A stretch of DNA of 64,000 nucleotides from an uncultured Bradymonadales bacterium (GTDB taxonomy: Bacteria; Myxococcota_A; Bradymonadia; JAFGEP01): positions 56 to 64,055 of the forward strand of contig CAZDBH010000004.1 of the NCBI GenBank assembly GCA_964503485.1, read 5' to 3'. The notes under the pieces were generated by a model. That model worked only from the letters and a program-made list of their open reading frames with translations. It ran no database searches and was not told the DNA's origin. The stretch's first letter is position 1; each line of letters opens with the position of its first letter. Positions 57,973 to 64,000 of this stretch are shown in pieces. Position numbers and translations under genes: made by a program.

Positions 57973-59523
57973 ATGGGGCCAATAATCGGTATCGATCTCG
58001 GAACGACCAACTCGGTCGTTGCCGCCCTCGTCAACGGCGAGGCTGTGGTTCTTCCCAACCCGGAGGGATCGCGCACGACTCCATCCATGGTCGGCTTCAC
58101 GGAAGCCGGAGAACGGTTCGTAGGCCATCAGGCCAAACGCCAAGCCATCATCAACCCCGAGCGCACAGTTTACGCCACCAAGAGACTGATGGGCCGCAAA
58201 TTCAATGCCCCAGAAGTTCAAGAGTACAGCAAGATCTTCCCATTCCAGTTGGTTGAAAACGTCAACGGCGACTGCTGGGTATCGGTCGACAACAAGAATC
58301 ACTCCCCTCAGGAGATTTCAGCCCTCTTACTCGAAAAGATGAAATCCACCGCCGAGGACTACTTCGGCGAGGAAATCACCCAGGCCGTCATCACGGTTCC
58401 CGCCTATTTCGACGATGCGCAGCGGCAGGCGACGAAGGAAGCTGGGAAGATTGCCGGACTCGAAGTCAAACGAATCATCAATGAGCCGACGGCTGCGGCC
58501 CTAGCTTACGGATTGAACAAGAAGGAAGACTCGAAGGTTGTCGTCTTCGACCTCGGTGGTGGCACGTTCGATATCTCGGTCGTGCACATCCGAAATGGCG
58601 TCTTCGAAGTGCTTGCCACCTGCGGTGACAACACCTTGGGCGGCGAAGACTTCGACCACGTGCTCTTGCGCTACCTCATCGATGTCTTCCACGACGAGAC
58701 TGGGGTCGATGTCTCTAACGACAAGATGGCGATCCAACGGTTGAAAGAAGCGGCCGAGAACGCAAAATGCGAACTGTCGACGCTGTCAGAGACCAATATC
58801 AACTTGCCCTTTCTCGCAGTCGATGACGAAGGTCCGAAACACCTCAACACCATTGTCAGTCGCTCTCAGTTCAACGAACTGGTCGAGGCCCTGATCGATC
58901 GCCTCAACGCGCCTTGCCAGGCTGCGCTCGAGGACGCGCAGACTCGACTGAGCGAGATCAACGAGGTCATCCTAGTGGGCGGCATGACGCGGATGCCCGC
59001 CGTCAGAGCCAAGGTCGAAGATATCTTCGGTCGCACGCCCCAACGCTCGGTCAACCCGGACGAAACCGTCGCCATCGGGGCTGCAATTCAAAGCGGCATT
59101 CTCGGGGGTGAGGTCAAAGAGGTCGTGTTGCTCGACGTGACACCGTTGAGTCTCGGCATCCGGGTCGTGGGCAATCGTTTCTCGAAGGTTATACGGCGCA
59201 ACACGCCGATTCCGGTGCGAGAGTCCAAGATTTTCACGACCACCGAGGACAATCAGGAGCTGGTCAGCATTACGGTTCTCCAAGGCGAGAACGAGTTTGC
59301 CGACCAGAACAAGTTGCTCGGAATGTTCAACCTGACCGGTCTTCCCGCCGCCGGGGCTGGAACTCCCCGGGTTGAAGTCGCCTTTGATATCGACACCGAC
59401 GGAATCCTGCACGTCTCGGCGCAGGACGTGAACACCAAGAAATCCCAATCGGTCGTCATCACGAATGCATTTGGGTTGACTGAAGAAGAGCTCGAAGACG
59501 CTCAGCACCGCCTTCAGAAGTAA
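57973..59523 (+). CDS. dnaK: Hsp70/DnaK-family chaperone paralog lacking the helical lid (516 aa)
   Basis: GIDLGTTNS, TPSMV, TVPAYFDDAQRQATK.AG, DLGGGTFD, LVGGMTRMP, LLDVTPLSLG; stops at GLTEEELEDAQHRLQK. Confidence 0.93.
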   Translation: MGPIIGIDLGTTNSVVAALVNGEAVVLPNPEGSRTTPSMVGFTEAGERFVGHQAKRQAIINPERTVYATKRLMGRKFNAPEVQEYSKIFPFQLVENVNGDCWVSVDNKNHSPQEISALLLEKMKSTAEDYFGEEITQAVITVPAYFDDAQRQATKEAGKIAGLEVKRIINEPTAAALAYGLNKKEDSKVVVFDLGGGTFDISVVHIRNGVFEVLATCGDNTLGGEDFDHVLLRYLIDVFHDETGVDVSNDKMAIQRLKEAAENAKCELSTLSETNINLPFLAVDDEGPKHLNTIVSRSQFNELVEALIDRLNAPCQAALEDAQTRLSEINEVILVGGMTRMPAVRAKVEDIFGRTPQRSVNPDETVAIGAAIQSGILGGEVKEVVLLDVTPLSLGIRVVGNRFSKVIRRNTPIPVRESKIFTTTEDNQELVSITVLQGENEFADQNKLLGMFNLTGLPAAGAGTPRVEVAFDIDTDGILHVSAQDVNTKKSQSVVITNAFGLTEEELEDAQHRLQK

Positions 59524-59531
59524 ATGAGGCT

Positions 59532-59969
59532 CTATTCGGGGCACTCGCCCTGGATGTCAAAATCCGCCAACGAGAAGCTATCACTGACTACCGCCTGACC
59601 GCTGTCATCGGCGTCGCTTGGGGTGATTCGCACCGTGATACCGGAGCTGTCAGGATCGAGGTCGCAGAGCGCGTCCCAGCGGAAGAGGTGCAAGACCGGT
59701 TCGTCCTTGATGGTCGGGAGATTGGCCGTGCCATCACCACCCGAGGCTGCGGTGGGGATGCTGCAGGTGCCGCCCGAGCAAAAACGGATCTGAATATCAA
59801 CGTCGTCGCCATCGAGGTCTGTGAGGGTGTAGTAGACGTCGACGACACTGCCGGCGCCCTCAATCGCGTCGAGTTCGGCTGCCGGAGCGCGATTGGCGAT
59901 ATCAACGGCATCGGTGCAGCCGCTCAACAGAGCGATCGCTGCAAAGACAAGTACAGTTCTAAGCGTCAT
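59532..59969 (-). CDS. Small lipoprotein (Ig-like)
   Basis: Lipobox LSG|C; YTLTDLDGD; its ATG overlaps the suhB stop at 59969. Confidence 0.75.
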   Translation of the reverse strand: MTLRTVLVFAAIALLSGCTDAVDIANRAPAAELDAIEGAGSVVDVYYTLTDLDGDDVDIQIRFCSGGTCSIPTAASGGDGTANLPTIKDEPVLHLFRWDALCDLDPDSSGITVRITPSDADDSGQAVVSDSFSLADFDIQGECPE

Positions 59970-60805
59970 CAGTCGGTGAACTCCGTTTTGGATTCAGCAA
60001 TAAGTTCAAGCATTTGTTTATGTATGGACTGGTTCGAGGCGACCAGCTTGGCCGGATGACTGACCTGGAGTTGGTTTCCCTCGTAGTCTGAGACTCGACC
60101 GCCGGCCAACTCGACCAGTAGGGCTCCTGCTGCGACGTCCCAGGGATTCAGATTGGCCTCCCAGAAACCGTCGAGGCGGCCGCAGGCCACCCAGGCGAGG
60201 TCAAGGGCAGCGGCGCCCATCCGCCTCACACCCTGGCCTGCGATCATGAATGATTTGAACAACGGGATGTAAGACATCGGTCTTTCTCGCCTGTCGTACG
60301 CGAAACCAGTCGCGAGCAGGGAGCGATCTAAGCTCGATTCTGTGCTGACGCTCAGGGCTGCCCCGTTTAGGTGTGCCCCACGGTCGGGTCGCGCCATGAA
60401 GAGTTCGTCCCTTGCCGCGTCATAGATCACTCCTAGAAGTCCCTCCGTCCCCCGGTAGCATGCGATGCTCACAGCGCAGTGAGGATGTCCATGTGCAAAG
60501 TTGGTTGTGCCGTCGAGAGGGTCGATCAGCCAAACGTACTGATCGGCGCTGGGATGGTTCATTTCCCCCGCTTCCTCGGCCAGGATCGAATGGGTGGGAA
60601 ACGCCCCTTTGATGATCGTGAGAATCGCTCGCTCGGCGGCCAAATCAACCGCTGTCACCAGATCGACGTGCCCTTTGTGAGCCACCCCGAGGTCGGCCCG
60701 ATTGCTCTGAAGCCCTTGCCGGATCAGTTCACCGGCCTGTTTGGCTGCCGAAACAGCCGCGCTCTCGCAATCGTCGAGCAAGCTTTCGTCTAATGCGAAC
60801 TTCAT
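59969..60805 (-). CDS. suhB: Inositol monophosphatase
   Basis: DLVTAVD, EEAG, IDPLDGTTNFAHG, RRMGAAALDL, WDVAAG. Track start 60823; likely ATG 60805. Confidence 0.93.
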   Translation of the reverse strand: MKFALDESLLDDCESAAVSAAKQAGELIRQGLQSNRADLGVAHKGHVDLVTAVDLAAERAILTIIKGAFPTHSILAEEAGEMNHPSADQYVWLIDPLDGTTNFAHGHPHCAVSIACYRGTEGLLGVIYDAARDELFMARPDRGAHLNGAALSVSTESSLDRSLLATGFAYDRRERPMSYIPLFKSFMIAGQGVRRMGAAALDLAWVACGRLDGFWEANLNPWDVAAGALLVELAGGRVSDYEGNQLQVSHPAKLVASNQSIHKQMLELIAESKTEFTD

Positions 60806-60927
60806 AGGCGCGCAAGTTACCAAACTGGGCCACGGGAGACAAAGGACGTTGTTGAGTGCGCGGCTGGGTCCTTGTCCCCTGACCGGGGAAGAGTGATAAT
60901 CCCCTTTCTACTAACCTGGAGGATTCA

Positions 60928-61665
60928 ATGCCCAGAGTCGTCGTGATTTCCGACATCCACGGCAATCTTAATGCGCTAAAGGCTGTGTGGAGTGACATCA
61001 CTCGCCGCAAGACCGATCACGTACTCTTTCTTGGGGACCTCGTCGCGTTCGGGCCGAAGCCACTCAAGACGGTTCAGTTCTTCAAGGACAACAACGACGC
61101 GGCCGTAATGCTGCGCGGCAACACCGCTCGTTACCTGCTCGACAAGACTTGGACGAAGGACGACTGCGACTTGCCTAAACCCATTCAGGAGAGCTTGGCC
61201 TGGACAGCGAAAAAGCTCGGGAAACGCGGTATGTCGTTCCTAGAGAATCTGACGGACGAGACGACTTTTAGCGTCGAAGAAACAAAGCTCCTCTTGTGCC
61301 ATGCCTCACCGGGCAGCGACGAGCTTGGCATCACAGAGGAGACAGCTGGCTCGATGACCAAGGCCTTCAAAGGGGTCAAGGCGGATCTTGTCCTGTGTGG
61401 CCATACTCATATTCCCTGGCGGAGCTCGGTCAACGGTACAGATGTCATCAACGTCGGAAGCGTCGGCTTCCCTTTCGATCGGGACCTTCGGGCGTGTTAC
61501 TTGAGCTTTTTCGTGGGCGATGGCGAAATCCGGGAACTCACGATAGCCCGCCATTCCTATCCGACGCCGGGCACAATCAGAGAGCTAGAAGACTCGAAGA
61601 TGCCATCGAGCAATCTCTTCATACATCGACTCAAGACCGCTACCGGCGACTCGCCTCGGGCCTAG
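60928..61665 (+). CDS. Calcineurin-like metallophosphoesterase
   Basis: SDIHGN, LGDLV, RGN, HASP, GHTH, NVGSVG. Confidence 0.92.
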   Translation: MPRVVVISDIHGNLNALKAVWSDITRRKTDHVLFLGDLVAFGPKPLKTVQFFKDNNDAAVMLRGNTARYLLDKTWTKDDCDLPKPIQESLAWTAKKLGKRGMSFLENLTDETTFSVEETKLLLCHASPGSDELGITEETAGSMTKAFKGVKADLVLCGHTHIPWRSSVNGTDVINVGSVGFPFDRDLRACYLSFFVGDGEIRELTIARHSYPTPGTIRELEDSKMPSSNLFIHRLKTATGDSPRA

Positions 61666-61699
61666 CAGGCTGCTGTGCTTCGTTCCGGACGTCGACCTT

Positions 61700-62383
61700 T
61701 CAGACGATCTCGTTATCGATAACTTCCCAGACACCTTCAGGTGGATTGTGGCCAACCATGCCCTTCTTCTTGGCTTGTAGCTCGCTGGTTTGGAAGACCC
61801 AGTCCCACAGACCGGTGCTGACTCCGAAACAGGCCTCTGGGAGCTTGTAGTGGTGAACCAGGTGGCGGCGGCGAGCGACACGTGCCCACTTCGTCCGCGG
61901 CTTTCTGTGGTGTGTCGAGTAGTGTGTGAAATCGTAGGCCATGTAGCCGGTGACCCAGCCGCCCACGAATGGAATCGCGGCCCAAAAACCGATCAAGAGC
62001 GCGTAGACAAAGAAACCACCGATCGCCACCAGGACTCCGGCGGCGGGTGGAATGACCAGCCTGTCGGTGTCGTTGGGAAACTGGTGATGAATGCCGTGAA
62101 TCAGCTTCATGTTCTTTTTGCCGAACTCGGTCTTGGCCTCGTAGTGGAACAGCCATCTGTGCAGGACGTATTCGGTGAAAGTCCACCAGAACACCCCTCC
62201 CACGAAGACTGCGATATCGGTGTACCAGGACCATCGACTCGACGAGAACGCAAAAAACAGCAGCGTGAGCACCGCTGGGATGAAGATAAAAAACGGCTCT
62301 GCCGGATGTGCACGAGTCAATCTTTCGACCAGATCGCTCTTGTACATCCGTGTTGGGTCATCTTGACTAACTTTCCGAGGCAT
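61700..62383 (-). CDS. Fatty-acid hydroxylase/sterol desaturase family protein (FA2H-like)
   Basis: Four His boxes HRWLFH, HGIHH, HYSTHH, HLVHH; FGVST.LWD.VF. Confidence 0.9.
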   Translation of the reverse strand: MPRKVSQDDPTRMYKSDLVERLTRAHPAEPFFIFIPAVLTLLFFAFSSSRWSWYTDIAVFVGGVFWWTFTEYVLHRWLFHYEAKTEFGKKNMKLIHGIHHQFPNDTDRLVIPPAAGVLVAIGGFFVYALLIGFWAAIPFVGGWVTGYMAYDFTHYSTHHRKPRTKWARVARRRHLVHHYKLPEACFGVSTGLWDWVFQTSELQAKKKGMVGHNPPEGVWEVIDNEIV

Positions 62384-62559
62384 TCCCCCTCCCTTCCGAC
62401 GAAGCCTTTGCCCAGACTCGTAATCGGTCGCGCATAATAATCAGGAGAATCTCGTCTGTGAAGCAAAAGTGTCCGAAATCCGTCAAAAGCGGTTGCTTGG
62501 TAGCCGCCCCACAGTCCGTGGCGTATACTGACTTGCCTGGCGATTGAAGTGAGGTTCAG

Positions 62560-63354
62560 ATGAAAGCAATCCCAACCACCATTTTCGCATCACTAATGTT
62601 CGTTGCCGTATTCGTTGGTTTGTCTGCGGATGGGCCGCATCCAGCCCGTACTGAAGAGCTCCCGACCAGCGCTCCGCTAGCGACGACTCCGGAGTTCGAT
62701 CACAGTGATTGGGCGACAGTATTGAGTGCGTGCGCAGCTGACGGGAGTTTTGACTACGGGAGACTTCTCGGAGACGAGAGTCTGATGAGCGCGTTTCAAA
62801 GCTATCTCGCGTCTGTCGCAGGGGCGAGTCTCAACGGACGTTCGGATGCTGACAAACTGGCGTTTTGGATCAACGCCTACAACGCTTACGTCGTGAAGGG
62901 CGTCTTGGATAACTGGCCCCTGGAGAGCGTGTTGAATGTCGAAGGGTTTTTCGACTCGGTCGATTACACCGTAGCCAGCCGTGAATTGACGCTCAACGAA
63001 CTGGAAAACGAGCAGATTCGCCCGGTGTTCAACGAGCCACGCATTCACTTCGCGGTCAACTGTGCGTCCATCGGCTGTCCTCCGATATTAGGGCAACCCT
63101 ACCTGGGCAGCACCTTGGAGGCTCAACTCGAAGCACAGACAGTTGCCTACATCGAAAACACGACGACCGTTGACCAGAACCTCATGCGAATCGGACTGAG
63201 TAAAATTTTTGAGTGGTTCAGTGGGGATTTTGGGGGTATCGACGGTGTTCGCGAATTCGTTGCGCAGCGCCACAGTGCGGGAGATGCCATCCGCAACGAA
63301 CGCAACCTTCTGATCTTCATCGATTACGATTGGGCGATCAATGGCGCAAATTAA
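62560..63354 (+). CDS. DUF547-domain secreted protein
   Basis: AFWINAYNA, LNELEN..IR, EPRIHFAVNCASIGCP, LSKIF.WF..DF, YDWAIN. Confidence 0.9.
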   Translation: MKAIPTTIFASLMFVAVFVGLSADGPHPARTEELPTSAPLATTPEFDHSDWATVLSACAADGSFDYGRLLGDESLMSAFQSYLASVAGASLNGRSDADKLAFWINAYNAYVVKGVLDNWPLESVLNVEGFFDSVDYTVASRELTLNELENEQIRPVFNEPRIHFAVNCASIGCPPILGQPYLGSTLEAQLEAQTVAYIENTTTVDQNLMRIGLSKIFEWFSGDFGGIDGVREFVAQRHSAGDAIRNERNLLIFIDYDWAINGAN

Positions 63355-63462
63355 CCCTTTTATCGCTAGATCCCGTGTGCTACAAATTTTCACAGGTTAT
63401 TAAGCGCGCATGAATTTGTGGCCGTTCTGGAACGGCCACATCCCGTAGCCACGGAGGGCTGT

Positions 63463-64000
63463 ATGGGCGATCGACAGGGAAGTTCCCGCCTCGCAAAGAT
63501 TGTCGCCATAGCAAATCAAAAAGGGGGCGTTGGCAAGACGACCACCGCAGTCAACTTGGCCGCATGCCTTGGTCTCGCGGGACGTCGGACTCTGCTTGTC
63601 GACCTCGACCCTCAAGGAAACGCTTCGAGTGGCGTCGGGTTCGTCGATCGGGATGCCGTCGATAGTGTCTATGAAGGGTTAGTCGGCAAACAAACCATTG
63701 AGCGACTGATTCTGCGCACCGAGACCGACAACCTCTTTCTCGTACCATCGATAACCTCGTTAGCGGGTGCCGAAATCGAGTTGGTTGGCGAACCAGATCG
63801 TGCCTTCAAGTTGCGAAAGCTTCTCGAACCGGTACTCGACCTATTCGACTTCGTTATCGTGGACTGCCCGCCTTCTCTCGGCATTCTCACGCTCAATGCG
63901 CTTTCTGCTGCGGACAGCCTGATTGTTCCCATTCAGGCGGAATACTACGCGCTGGAAGGGGTCGGGCGACTTCTGTCCACGGTAGAGCTCGTCAAGGACA
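63463..64000 (+). CDS. parA: ParA/Soj-family ATPase, 3' end runs off the window
   Basis: Not in the track. From ATG 63463 (GGAGGG upstream): IVAIANQKGGVGKTTTAVNLAA, LLVDLDPQGNAS, IVDCPPSLG.LT.NAL, PIQAEYYALEG. Confidence 0.93.
   Translation, partial: MGDRQGSSRLAKIVAIANQKGGVGKTTTAVNLAACLGLAGRRTLLVDLDPQGNASSGVGFVDRDAVDSVYEGLVGKQTIERLILRTETDNLFLVPSITSLAGAEIELVGEPDRAFKLRKLLEPVLDLFDFVIVDCPPSLGILTLNALSAADSLIVPIQAEYYALEGVGRLLSTVELVKD

Noticed and set aside
57901-59544. Minus-strand ORFs opposite dnaK (57901..58302, 58501..58737, 58972..59544)
   Set aside because: Known antisense-to-dnaK artefact, often mis-annotated as NAD-specific glutamate dehydrogenase.
63355-63462. parS site or DnaA boxes upstream of parA
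   Set aside because: No TGTTTCACGTGAAACA-like palindrome; only a mismatched ATTTTCACA.

Overview
Gene-dense bacterial chromosomal segment of roughly 60% GC (by eye). It is most likely from Myxococcota or a related deltaproteobacterial lineage, inferred from a MYXO-CTERM-type sorting signal, a myxosortase-like CPBP protease, a eukaryote-like Ser/Thr kinase and Cys-rich lipoproteins with acidic linkers. The standout is a tightly coupled five-gene minus-strand operon (18486->1873). It encodes (i) a secreted protein with three tandem cohesin-like modules and an unrecognised helical C-terminal domain, (ii) a lipoprotein with Fn3/Ig/ZU5-like modules, and (iii) three ~1270-aa paralogous secreted beta-propeller/Fn3 proteins that each end in a dockerin-like module. 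This is a candidate cellulosome-like (cohesin-dockerin) surface complex with no recognisable glycoside hydrolase. The rest is mostly housekeeping or accessory: iaaA (partial), SDR, mtnD, MaoC, kinase, GNAT, cbs, kstD with an exact KstR-type box upstream, mtnP, a 6S RNA, hinT-dtd-bioA-HD, ssb, nadC-birA-coaX, thiO-thiS-thiG-thiE-like, a zinc-ribbon/GYF/TPR + J-domain + lidless Hsp70 operon, suhB, a fatty-acid hydroxylase, DUF547 and parA (partial). I found no CRISPR array, tRNA, rRNA or mobile element. All family calls come from motif recognition by eye, with no database searches.
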